From sequence record NZ_OX291475.1: a stretch of 64,000 nucleotides of DNA; one strand, written 5' to 3'. A model generated the notes under the pieces. It made no database searches, was not told the origin of the DNA, and worked only from the letters and a program-made list of their open reading frames with translations. Both the position numbers and the translations under genes were made by a program. Below, piece after piece: positions 9,335 to 19,039 of the stretch. Origin of the DNA: a plasmid. The number at the start of each line of letters is the position of its first letter. The first letter of the stretch is position 1.

Positions 9335-9480
9335 CGTGTGCAATAGAAAGGCCCAGCGTAACTCACTAAGCATCATGATGAGATTACTGTCATGCCGAAT
9401 ACCGTTGGCTAACATCAAGTTTAAAAACCCAAAGTTAGGCACGGTTTTGACAGAAAAACACAGAGCAGATACATAGAGGA

Positions 9481-10173
9481 TCAGAGGCTGTCACGCCAGA
9501 AATCGGCGCTAAAATTATTCAGCCTACCTGTCGTTGTCTGATACGAGTCAGGGATCAATGCACCGTCTCTCCCTTCTCTAAAATATTGCTGCACTGATTG
9601 GAGCCCTAGCGATTTTAGATGCTCCCACTCATGAGATAACTCACTTTGCCTATTTTGCTCTTGTTTAGCCGCACTGAGTTTGCGGGCCGGATGTGGGGAT
9701 GAATAGTCCGGCCGCAAGTCAGCATTGTGTAGAAAAGTGATGCAGCTGTATGACCAGTCATCCTCTACAGACTGGCGCCAGTGGTAGCAAACCCTAACCG
9801 TCAAACGTTCACTAAAATGAAGTGGCCATAGAATTTGCTCGTCGATGCCAAAGAGCAGTGCGTCGACTTCTTCCACATCTACCCTCGATTTCATCTGACT
9901 TACTGCAAAGGATAAATTATCGCCAGCTTTACGGGCTGAGTACCCCGTTTCTTCGCGCTTTTTCGCGGATTTAGCCCTGCCATGTGCAGAGACAGCATTT
10001 TCAAAGTTTGATAATTCTCGGGCCACATACGAACCGCACCTGTAAAGCTGGAGGGTTTGAAGAGGGTAAGTCCTTTCCTCTCTCAGGCTTTGCCTTATTA
10101 GCTGATCCAGCAGTTCAATATCTATCGCTTTAAGGGCATTTTTCACGTCTCGTGGAGTATTTATCTCACTCAT
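9481..10173 (-). CDS. hypothetical protein
   Basis: ORF 9481-10206(-); start placed at MSEINTPRD. Confidence 0.4.
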   Translation of the reverse strand: MSEINTPRDVKNALKAIDIELLDQLIRQSLREERTYPLQTLQLYRCGSYVARELSNFENAVSAHGRAKSAKKREETGYSARKAGDNLSFAVSQMKSRVDVEEVDALLFGIDEQILWPLHFSERLTVRVCYHWRQSVEDDWSYSCITFLHNADLRPDYSSPHPARKLSAAKQEQNRQSELSHEWEHLKSLGLQSVQQYFREGRDGALIPDSYQTTTGRLNNFSADFWRDSL

Positions 10174-10245
10174 CAAATTAATTCCCTTCTTGCTAAGAAG
10201 AACCATTGGAGAACCTACTCCGCTGGTTTTTAGTTAGTGATGCAA

Positions 10246-11022
10246 TCATGTTCCTTTCAGCATGGCAATGGCGTCAAGTTCCGGCATCGAGAACTGCACC
10301 CGATGCCGCGCCGCCACATCCAGCGCAAACACCTTCGTATAGACCTCCGTGGAGCTGATCGACTTGTGTCCCATCAGCGACTGCAGCACCTTGAGTGGAA
10401 TTCCGGCATACAGCATGTGCATCGCGTAGCTGTGGCGGAAGGTGTGCGGGGTGATAGGCACCGAGAACGTCACACCATCCTGCGCTGCCGCGTCCACGGC
10501 CTCGGCCAGCCAGCTGCGCACCGTTCTGTCAGTGATTGTCCACAGGCGTACTTTCTCCATGCGACCGGTTTTGGGGTCCCGGCGTTCCAGCGGAATTTTC
10601 AGCGTGGCCACCATGGTCTGCAGCTGTGCAACGTATAACGGATCAGACAGCGGCACCAGGCGGTGTGCCGAGCTGCCGGCCGGGAGCCGGCCTGCGGTTC
10701 GCGCGGTTTTCTCTGCCCGCTGCTTGAGCGTGGCCAACTGCGCGAACGGGTAGGGCGATGCCAGCGAAAAATCCCCCCTTGTCAGCGCCAGCGCTTCGTT
10801 AATCCGGGCGCCGGTATTCCATAGCGTAGCCAGCAACATCTTGCGGTGCAGATCCGGCACATAGTGGAACAGGGCGCTCACCTCCGGAGCCAGCAGGTAT
10901 TTCGGCAGTTCGTCCTGTACCAGTGCCATCTGGCGCAGCGCCAGCGCAGCCGGGTAGTCGATGGACACCGGCAGCTGAGCTGCAGTTCCTGGCTGCTGCC
11001 CCAGGGTAACGAGCCCAGCCAT
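10246..11022 (-). CDS. tyrosine site-specific recombinase (phage-integrase/XerD-like catalytic domain)
   Basis: 258 aa; R..HTFRHSYAMHMLYAGIPL..LMGHKSISSTEVYT catalytic box II with nucleophile Tyr. Confidence 0.8.
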   Translation of the reverse strand: MAGLVTLGQQPGTAAQLPVSIDYPAALALRQMALVQDELPKYLLAPEVSALFHYVPDLHRKMLLATLWNTGARINEALALTRGDFSLASPYPFAQLATLKQRAEKTARTAGRLPAGSSAHRLVPLSDPLYVAQLQTMVATLKIPLERRDPKTGRMEKVRLWTITDRTVRSWLAEAVDAAAQDGVTFSVPITPHTFRHSYAMHMLYAGIPLKVLQSLMGHKSISSTEVYTKVFALDVAARHRVQFSMPELDAIAMLKGT

Positions 11023-11840
11023 CAGGATGCCTCTCCGGCTGGAGGTATGTTCAGTGCTGACGCTATAATTTCCCGGTTTTCCTCATTACGCAAGTTACCG
11101 AAATAGCCCACTTCCAGGCGCAGGGACTGGTGTGCCGCCTCTATAAGGTCAGAGACGCTCTGCAGGGCATTCTGTAGCTGCTGCGCGGATATCGCTCTTG
11201 GCACATCATGTTCATCCACGCCGTTACGGTGTACCAGGTCGTTTCGCCAGTCTGCGATCATGCTCAGCGGCTCAACCGGCCAGATGGGGGGGATGTGCAG
11301 CACGGCGCCGAAATAGCGCTCAATGGTTTCAACGTTATGAAACGTCATTCGGGAAACAAAATTCTGCGCCGCAGGCCGGAACAGGGACAGATCCATGTCA
11401 CGGGCAGCATGTTTTTCCGGATTTTTGATTCGTTTGGACTTCATGTAATACGCATCCCTGAAGCGTTTAAGGGGCCAGTCATGTTCTAGCAGGGCCCTGG
11501 CGCAGTACATCAGGTACGCCTCCATGACAGTCACGGCATGGACGAAAGACATCCTGTACACCAGTTCAGGCTGCTCTTTATCGAGCAGGGCATATAACTT
11601 CTTCAGCTCCTGATTTGCGTGCAGGTAACGCTGATGAACATTGTTCAGGGAAGCCACAAACAGCCCGTGTTCATGATCCCACTGAGCCTGATCGGCAAGC
11701 GCCTCCTGCTCCCAGTAGTACAAGTTCGCGGCATGCTCCCATTCTTCAGAGTCGGGGACAACATCCGGGTAATTTTCCGCAAGCCATTCATCAAATCGTT
11801 CAGCTTCAATATCCAACATCAGGTCTTTCATGCTTCCCAT
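11022..11840 (-). CDS. hypothetical protein with C-terminal Rx4H (HEPN-like) motif, translationally coupled upstream of the recombinase
   Basis: Start at MGSMKDLML; contains ..IADWRNDLVHRNG..; stop overlaps recombinase ATG (ATGA). Confidence 0.4.
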   Translation of the reverse strand: MGSMKDLMLDIEAERFDEWLAENYPDVVPDSEEWEHAANLYYWEQEALADQAQWDHEHGLFVASLNNVHQRYLHANQELKKLYALLDKEQPELVYRMSFVHAVTVMEAYLMYCARALLEHDWPLKRFRDAYYMKSKRIKNPEKHAARDMDLSLFRPAAQNFVSRMTFHNVETIERYFGAVLHIPPIWPVEPLSMIADWRNDLVHRNGVDEHDVPRAISAQQLQNALQSVSDLIEAAHQSLRLEVGYFGNLRNEENREIIASALNIPPAGEAS

Positions 11841-12174
11841 AACACCTGTACCTCTCTGTGTGGTTTTATAAATGAGAAATCCCGACGCTGGCGACGGCGC
11901 AGGCATCTCGGGGTGAACGCCGGCACCACTAAACCGCTCATGCGTTATTCCTCTCGGCCAGTCGTTGCTCGTTCCGCGACTTTCGCTCTTTGCGCCAGCA
12001 TTGCCACAGCGTTTTCTGCGGAGACCAGCGGTATTTGTCGAGGCGGGAAGAGGGTATGCCGGTGATCTGCGGCCACAGGCCGGCGCTGTCTTTGACGATC
12101 TTCACGCCCTCAGTGGCAATAAACCAGTCACCCATGTGTGTTCCTTATTATTAAGTGCAAAATCACGCCCACCG

Positions 12175-12534
12175 TCAGGGTTGTTCAGCCGCAGCGCTGG
12201 CGATCGCATCCACTGCTTGTTTAACCGAAAAGGACAATCCATCCTTATCTTTCGGTGAAAAATGTACCCAGTAGCACAGATACGTACCGTAGTTCTGGTC
12301 GGTATGACGAGTTTCATAATTTACGCTGAATGCGTAAACCCCCCGGTTGCCCAGGCGATGGTCTGTGATTTCGCAGTAACGCAGATAAAGGTCGCGCAAT
12401 TCATCAAACAACCCTCCCTCTTTCAGCGGACCCACTGCTTTGACTGCTTCACGCTGATCCATGAAATAGTCCACGGCGGCTTTTTTGGATTTAAATTCCT
12501 TCTGCCCAATCTTCACAGGTTTTGAACGTCCCAT
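12175..12534 (-). CDS. hypothetical small protein (possibly DUF3223-like)
   Basis: 119 aa ORF; family guess is from memory only. Confidence 0.4.
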   Translation of the reverse strand: MGRSKPVKIGQKEFKSKKAAVDYFMDQREAVKAVGPLKEGGLFDELRDLYLRYCEITDHRLGNRGVYAFSVNYETRHTDQNYGTYLCYWVHFSPKDKDGLSFSVKQAVDAIASAAAEQP

Positions 12535-13216
12535 CCTGAACCCCTTTTGTTAACAGTGAAATAATCACACCCCGTAATCACCCCATCATCACGCCAGTGA
12601 TGATGATCGCCCTCGCAGTTACCCGCCAAAAACATAACCAATATGATAATAAGCAGGAATATAATCACTCAAGTAAATTACAGGATACCCGTCCCGGCAT
12701 GATCCGATTTTTCTTCATATAACAACTTTCCGGAAGTCTACCACGCACAGGAAATAAGCAAAGCGGCGTTTTTCGGTGCCGCGCACCGGGTCACAGGGCA
12801 GGGCGACAACACAACATATAGATGAAAAAGCAGCTGACGATGTGGCACATATTGTGTTTTTCTGCCACTACACGCCGGGCCGGGTGAAGAAGATCCGGGA
12901 CCACCAGAAATCGGATCTGCGTATGAAGAGAATGGAACTACTGCCTCTATGGCAATAAACAACATTTATTATTGCCTTAGTAGCACTGTTGTCATAAATG
13001 CAATAATTGAAATAATCTATTGCATCATGAGTAACTTCTGAAGCTGTTTGCCGCTCGCTCTCATCCTTAACCTGATTAATGCCGGTCGGGTTCAGATCAA
13101 ATATTTATTAACCGGTGATGGAAATAAAATGAAGCCGGAACGGGATCGCCCTACTATGAATAAAATTATACGGCGCCTCCGGGCATTCATCAGCGACTGA
13201 ATAAAGGTATCAAGGA

Positions 13217-15838
13217 ATGTATCCCGTATTTGAGAATGGATCCTGCTGGGTCAAGGTGGATTTTCATCTTCATACCCGTGCAGATAAAGAATTTCGCTAT
13301 GTCGGGGAACCCGACAGCTATATTCGTGACTACGTCAGTGCCCTGAAAGCGGCTGATGTGGGAGTAGGCGTGATCACCAATCATAATAAATTCGATCCCG
13401 GAGAGTTTAAGGCATTACGCAAAGCCGCGCGCCGTGAAGGCACTGAGCTGCTTCCCGGCGTGGAACTCTCTGTCAATGATGGTCAGGCCGGCGTGCACAC
13501 GCTTGTGGTGTTTGCCGATGACTGGTTCATCAACCCGCAGCAGACGAATCATATTGAAAGTTTCCTGACGGCCACGTTTGCGGGCGTTGATAATTTTGAG
13601 AACGAAAATGCCCGTTCAATAGAAAATATCACTCAGACCATCCAGCGCCTTGACCGGTATGAACGGGATTACTTCATTGTGTTTGCCCACGTTGAAGCCC
13701 CTAACGGGTTATGGCGCGGGTTCAGCCCTGGCCGGATCGGGGAGCTTTTTGATAATGAGCTTGTCCGCCGGCGCGTGATGGGGTTTCAGAAGGTGATGAC
13801 CCACGACCTGCGGGTTAAAATTCACGGCGTTCTTGGTAGGCGCTATCCTGCAGAAGTCCAGGGATGCGATGCCAAAACGCTGGATGACATCGGTGCCAGA
13901 AAAGTCGCCAGCTATCTGAAGCTGGGTGATTACAGTTTTGACGCTGTCCGATTTGCGCTGCAGGATTTCCCGCACCGCGTCAGCGGGGAAAAACCGGCCC
14001 TTATCCACAGCCATATCCGTCAGATAGCATTCGAGGGAGCCGGTTCGCTCGGCGGAACCGTGGTGAAATTATCTCCGGAGCTGAACACCCTGATTGGGAT
14101 CCGCGGCAGCGGAAAATCCTCCATACTTGAAGGGATCCGCTATGCCCTGGACATTCCGTTTGGCGAGAAGGCATCTGACCGCGACTACAAAGAAAATCTG
14201 ATCAGTAATTTACTCAAAAGCGGGGGGAAAATTACCGTCGACGCCGTGTGCCGTCTCGGGCGGGCATATCAGATAACCCGAATTTTCGGCCAGGAACCGC
14301 AGGTCATTTTTGACGGCCAGGCCAGGCACGGGGTCGCGCTCCGGGAAACGGTTCTGCACAAGCCAGTGTATTTTGGCCAGAAAGATCTGTCCAATACCGG
14401 CGCAGGGTTTGAACACGATCTGATTGAAAAGCTGGTCGGTGAGCGACTGGTTCCCGTGCGAGAAAAAATCCGGCAGCAGAATACAGTCGTGCTCGACAGG
14501 TTACGCCTGCTTCGTCGCCTGAAAAAATCGGGAGAAGCACTCTCAGAATGGCAGGCAAAAAAGGCGGATGCGCAGTTCCGCCTGCGCTTTTATGCCCAGC
14601 ATGGCATGGAAGAAAAACTGGAGCGGCAGACCACCTTCGGACGGGACGAGCGCTATCTCAGCAATACCTCTGCCCAGGCAACCCAAGCGCTGGACAGTCT
14701 GCAGGACGGTATCAGGGAGACACTCGACGAGTTGAAGCAGGAGCAGAAACATGAATCAGCGCATAACCAGGCCGAGATCGATGACTATTGTGAGGGATAT
14801 GATCGCTTCACGACCCATCTCAACTCCCTGAACACCATCGTCGACGGCGCCCGCCAGCTCCTCACAGAACTCGATACTAAGCAGCAGGCCTTCCAGCAGA
14901 AAAAGCAGGCGCTGACGGAGGAATTTGCCGAAATAGAGCGAGGCCTTGCAGAAGAGTTGCGGCGGGCCGGGGTGGAAAAAGCCGATCCGGCCGACTTTCT
15001 GAAACTAAAGGCTGGGCTGGAAACTGCGGAAGAGAAAATAGATGAGTTAACCCGGGCTGAAACCAGTCAAGCGTTACAGGAGAAGAGCCTCACAGAAGCG
15101 CTGAGCCGGTTGGCTGAACTCTGGGGGGAAGAGTATCACGAAATTGAAGCCGTGCTGGCCACCATCAACCAGGCAGATTCGCCCTTGAAGATCGTGCCGG
15201 CCTTTGCAAGCGACAAAAAAGCCATGCAATCTTTTCTGAAAGAAACGTTTATTGGCAGCCGGTTGCGGGAAAGTACCTACCAGACCGTAGCTGACGGCTT
15301 CAGCGATTTTGGCGAACTCTGGCTGAACAGGGATAAACTCCAGGGGATTATCAACGGCTCTGCTGAGACGTTCGGTGTGTATCTGGAACAGCAGATAGAA
15401 TCGCTAATCGTCTGGCAGATCCCGAATACCTACACCATTGAATTCCGCGGAAAACCACTGGAACAACACTCGCTGGGTCAGCGCGCCTCCGCATTAATGC
15501 TGTTTGTCCTGAATCAGCAGGATAATGATGTGGTGATCATCGATCAGCCCGAAGACGACCTGGACAATCAGACGATTTATGACGACGTGATTAAAATCAT
15601 CAGGACGATGAAACCCCGCACCCAATTTATCTTTGCCACTCACAATGCCAACATTCCGGTTCTGGGTGACGCAGAGAATGTCTGTGCCTGTGAATATTCA
15701 GACGGAAAGATCCAGGCTGCCGGTGGAGGCGTGGATGCACCTCATGTACAACAGCACATTATTTCGGTGATGGAGGGCGGGCGAGAAGCCTTTGAGCGGC
15801 GCAGGGAAGTTTACGGCTCATGGCTCAGTAAAACCTGA
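13217..15838 (+). CDS. PHP-domain phosphoesterase fused to Rad50/SbcC-like ABC ATPase with central coiled coil
   Basis: 873 aa. N-term PHP signature (VDFHLHTRAD.., ..GVITNHN.., ..VFAHVE..); Walker A GIRGSGKSS; Q-loop VYFGQKD; ~200-aa E/K/Q/L-rich coiled-coil region; signature-like HSLGQRAS; Walker B VVIIDQPEDDLD; H-loop FATHNANI. Confidence 0.8.
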   Translation: MYPVFENGSCWVKVDFHLHTRADKEFRYVGEPDSYIRDYVSALKAADVGVGVITNHNKFDPGEFKALRKAARREGTELLPGVELSVNDGQAGVHTLVVFADDWFINPQQTNHIESFLTATFAGVDNFENENARSIENITQTIQRLDRYERDYFIVFAHVEAPNGLWRGFSPGRIGELFDNELVRRRVMGFQKVMTHDLRVKIHGVLGRRYPAEVQGCDAKTLDDIGARKVASYLKLGDYSFDAVRFALQDFPHRVSGEKPALIHSHIRQIAFEGAGSLGGTVVKLSPELNTLIGIRGSGKSSILEGIRYALDIPFGEKASDRDYKENLISNLLKSGGKITVDAVCRLGRAYQITRIFGQEPQVIFDGQARHGVALRETVLHKPVYFGQKDLSNTGAGFEHDLIEKLVGERLVPVREKIRQQNTVVLDRLRLLRRLKKSGEALSEWQAKKADAQFRLRFYAQHGMEEKLERQTTFGRDERYLSNTSAQATQALDSLQDGIRETLDELKQEQKHESAHNQAEIDDYCEGYDRFTTHLNSLNTIVDGARQLLTELDTKQQAFQQKKQALTEEFAEIERGLAEELRRAGVEKADPADFLKLKAGLETAEEKIDELTRAETSQALQEKSLTEALSRLAELWGEEYHEIEAVLATINQADSPLKIVPAFASDKKAMQSFLKETFIGSRLRESTYQTVADGFSDFGELWLNRDKLQGIINGSAETFGVYLEQQIESLIVWQIPNTYTIEFRGKPLEQHSLGQRASALMLFVLNQQDNDVVIIDQPEDDLDNQTIYDDVIKIIRTMKPRTQFIFATHNANIPVLGDAENVCACEYSDGKIQAAGGGVDAPHVQQHIISVMEGGREAFERRREVYGSWLSKT

Positions 15839-15864
15839 TGCCATCAGGTTCACTGAGCATCCAG

Positions 15865-15889
15865 AAAAAGCCGCAAATGCGGCTTTTTC
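15865..15889 (+). terminator. rho-independent terminator after the PHP-ATPase gene
   Basis: AAAAAGCCGCAAATGCGGCTTTTTCT hairpin plus T-run 27 nt after stop. Confidence 0.6.
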
Positions 15890-16013
15890 TGTTTCCGATT
15901 ATTGGGGTTTTACCGAATCTCATGGTGGTATGTGTGATCCACCGTGGACGCACTCTACAGATATCATTATATTAGTCAGTAAAAATAGACAAACCGCAAG
16001 GGATGGGATTTAC

Positions 16014-16328
16014 ATGACACAGCTTGAATATAATGAGTTACTCGCCTTATACCGCGCCCGTCTGGATATTGCCTCACAAAGAGGTACCTACGCCTCGATG
16101 CTGCAAAGTATCCTTCGAGACATCAGTAATAAGGTCAAACGTGGCGAACTGACAAAAGAGCAAGGTCTCTCGCTGGCGAAAATACTGTTCAATATTTCCG
16201 TAGAACAGTACCACATTGATGGTGTTGAGTCTCTCAATGAGGAAATCAGAAAGGGGTCTCTTGATATTTCTTACGATGCCGCTGACGCTATGGCTGAAAA
16301 AATAGCCGCCATGAAGGCAAATAGATAA
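16014..16328 (+). CDS. hypothetical small helical protein (104 aa)
   Basis: Start MTQLEYNELLALY with AAGGGATGGG RBS; stop overlaps next start (TAATG); AT-rich. Confidence 0.45.
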   Translation: MTQLEYNELLALYRARLDIASQRGTYASMLQSILRDISNKVKRGELTKEQGLSLAKILFNISVEQYHIDGVESLNEEIRKGSLDISYDAADAMAEKIAAMKANR

Positions 16329-16855
16329 TGGCCGATCTCACAACTATCGAATCAGCAGCATCCGCAGTCTGGTCAACACGTGATTATCTTTATACTGCAG
16401 GCGTTTTTGTGGCCGTCATTTCAGCGTGGATTGCAGGTTATAGCGCATATAAAACTGGGAGGCGTGACCTGAATTCATTAGGGGATTCGGAAATCAAGAC
16501 GTTTGAAATGATTGCAAAAGCTGAAAAGGATTTTGCTGAGTTCAATGCACGTCTTACAGATAAAATTGATTTATTTGATGCTGATCCTGCGAACAAAGGT
16601 AAAGAGTATCCCCTCACTGGTGCGGAAACAGGACTGAGTGATTTCTACACACAAAGCGTGTTGAATGCCTATGAAATTGCCTGCCAACGTTACTTGGACA
16701 AAAAACTCGATGGCGAGAGATTTAAAAAAACATATCGAACGAGGCTTAATAAGATTTGTTCCTCACGAGCATATAACCCCATAATTGATGATGGGAGCCA
16801 TAACTACGCAGCATTGAAAAAAGTAAACGACATCTTTAACAATCCTGAAAAGTAA
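16328..16855 (+). CDS. hypothetical membrane-anchored protein (one N-terminal TM helix)
   Basis: 175 aa; YLYTAGVFVAVISAWIAGYSAY hydrophobic segment; followed by hairpin terminator. Confidence 0.45.
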   Translation: MADLTTIESAASAVWSTRDYLYTAGVFVAVISAWIAGYSAYKTGRRDLNSLGDSEIKTFEMIAKAEKDFAEFNARLTDKIDLFDADPANKGKEYPLTGAETGLSDFYTQSVLNAYEIACQRYLDKKLDGERFKKTYRTRLNKICSSRAYNPIIDDGSHNYAALKKVNDIFNNPEK

Positions 16856-16860
16856 ATTTA

Positions 16861-16896
16861 AAGAGCCTGCCAAACACGCAGGCTCTTTAAAAAAAG
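16861..16896 (+). terminator. hairpin terminator
   Basis: AAGAGCCTGCCAAACACGCAGGCTCTTTAAAAAAAG. Confidence 0.5.
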
Positions 16897-17156
16897 ACAT
16901 CAATACTTTTTTGCCACATTCCGTAAGGAGTGACAACGTCGTTAAATAGCCTTTCATGAATAAAATCGGTGATAAGTAAGAGAATATCGGACAGAACGCT
17001 AAAGAATCAACAGGAAAGGGAAAGTGTAAGGCGGTCAGTAACGCCCATTTACAGCTGTTAGCCCCATATACAGGCGTGGACGGTTGATAACCAAGAGATA
17101 AAATCGGTACAAAGTGGTCTACATGGAGTAAACCACTTCAAGAGGGGTTCCTAAGG

Positions 17157-17831
17157 CTAAAGAAAGATAAATCCCTTCGTAGTAAGCAATGGCCGGGTTC
17201 CTAAAGGTACCGTGAGGTTATATTTTCCAATATTATTTTCCTCATCGTAAGTATCGCCTAATCCTAAAATAACTTCCCTGTTACATAACTCAGGAATATC
17301 ACGACAAAGACTGGCGATAATATTGGTTAAATTATAAATAGATGTATATAAATCAAATCCTCCTGAATATAATTCACCCTTATGCAGGATTTGAGGATCA
17401 TTCGCGAACCCGTCTAAATTATCAAAAACAAAACTCAAGTCTTGGCAATATGTAATCAGTGAATTTTTTTCTTCTAACTTCCAGGGTTGTGATTTTCCAG
17501 ACATAAAAGCACGCAAAGCCTTCGCAACTATATGGATAGGGATAATTATCATTTCATTATGACTAAGTAACATATTTTCATGATTAAAGACAACACGGAT
17601 CTCATCAATATCACCTTGGTGATGATAATAGTTTCTTAAATGCTTGAGGATTTTGAACTCAGGATAACTCATTAAGTCAGTATCAAAATCTTGCTTCAAC
17701 CTGTCATTTAAAGAATGCAAACTATTTAAAAACGTATAAAGTGTTCTACCATTTCTTTTATGGGCACAAGTCACATCCATTAGCTCGAAGCTGCTTTCAA
17801 AAAATCTGTCAATGTACTTTAAATTATCCAT
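17157..17831 (-). CDS. hypothetical Abi-like protein with Rx4H HEPN-type motif
   Basis: 224 aa; ..ILKHLRNYYHHQGD.. ; AT-rich, in island with two other Rx4H proteins. Confidence 0.4.
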   Translation of the reverse strand: MDNLKYIDRFFESSFELMDVTCAHKRNGRTLYTFLNSLHSLNDRLKQDFDTDLMSYPEFKILKHLRNYYHHQGDIDEIRVVFNHENMLLSHNEMIIIPIHIVAKALRAFMSGKSQPWKLEEKNSLITYCQDLSFVFDNLDGFANDPQILHKGELYSGGFDLYTSIYNLTNIIASLCRDIPELCNREVILGLGDTYDEENNIGKYNLTVPLGTRPLLTTKGFIFL

Positions 17832-18178
17832 CTTCTCTCTCTGCTCTGGTTCGGACAGTTAACCGTCTACGTATCGCTTTCAGGCCATTGATGTTGCATC
17901 GGGTCACCTCACATTATCAGGGGCTGATAATATCTACTTATTGATATTTTGCAGCCATAGCAAGAGGATTACCAGGCTAATCGGTAAAAGAGGTGATTAC
18001 CTAATCAAGATACGAAACTTCTAACAAAATTCACAGAACCGCTCGGCGAGGTATGGAACACGCCGGGCGTCCAGGTTCATACGCGATTCGAAACATGCGC
18101 TGTGAAGGGAAACTGGCCGCTCCCCGAGAGGGATATAGCTGACCGATGCTTCCGATGAAAAGGTAGGTCACCGAGGGT

Positions 18179-18916
18179 TCATTGTAAGGGGCGGTGTTTA
18201 TTCTTATGATATTCCTGCACGGTGGAATTTATCGCTTCCACATATCGCGAGATTTCATCCACAGCGAAATTCAGGAAATTATTCTTGAGCAGGACTGTAT
18301 TGAAGCAAGTGACCGAAATTGCCTCGCTTGCCTTGCTAATAGCGCGCAACTGTCTTTTCTCGCTGTCTTTTTTTGCACGTGTCATTTTCAGCAGCTGATG
18401 ATACTCGTGAGCAACACCGTCGGCATGTGCCATTATATTCCTGATGATAGTCAGGTGATCAACATCGGCAATATCCTTCTTTCCGTAGATGGTGGTCAGC
18501 ATGTCGTGGGTTTTTTCAATCATTCCCCCCTTGAGTATTTCCGTATGCCCAGAAAGGCGAATCATCAATTCCAGGCAATTACTCATACGTTGCTCGAACA
18601 GGCCAAATATTGTCAAAAATGCAGAGCGCCGTGTCAGTTGGGTAATTAAATTAACGTACTGTAATTTGACTTCCTCGACATCGTTACCTACACACGACCC
18701 GCAGGAGTAATAGGTATACCATACCTGTCTGTAAGATCCATCCTCATTCTCCAGGTAGTCCTCAATTATATCTTCCGTGATAAAATCAGGCTCATCCACT
18801 GCTTTAACTTCGCGAATGATATTAGCTTCAGCCTGTTGAGCAAGCATCTTCATGACAGAAATTGACGAAGACGCTTCCCATAAAGGAACACTAAACAGAC
18901 ACTCTAGTTTTGCCAC
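18179..18916 (-). CDS. hypothetical protein with Rx4H HEPN-type motif
   Basis: 245 aa; ..TIIRNIMAHADGV.. Confidence 0.4.
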   Translation of the reverse strand: MAKLECLFSVPLWEASSSISVMKMLAQQAEANIIREVKAVDEPDFITEDIIEDYLENEDGSYRQVWYTYYSCGSCVGNDVEEVKLQYVNLITQLTRRSAFLTIFGLFEQRMSNCLELMIRLSGHTEILKGGMIEKTHDMLTTIYGKKDIADVDHLTIIRNIMAHADGVAHEYHQLLKMTRAKKDSEKRQLRAISKASEAISVTCFNTVLLKNNFLNFAVDEISRYVEAINSTVQEYHKNKHRPLQ

Positions 18917-19039
18917 GACATCATCCTAATTTTCAAAAATTAAACTGCTCAACAGTATGACGGCTTGTGCTTGTTTCATCCTGCTCTGGATGGGCGTCTT
19001 TACCCTCACTGCCCATTCAGAGCAAAAGCTGATTTACTA

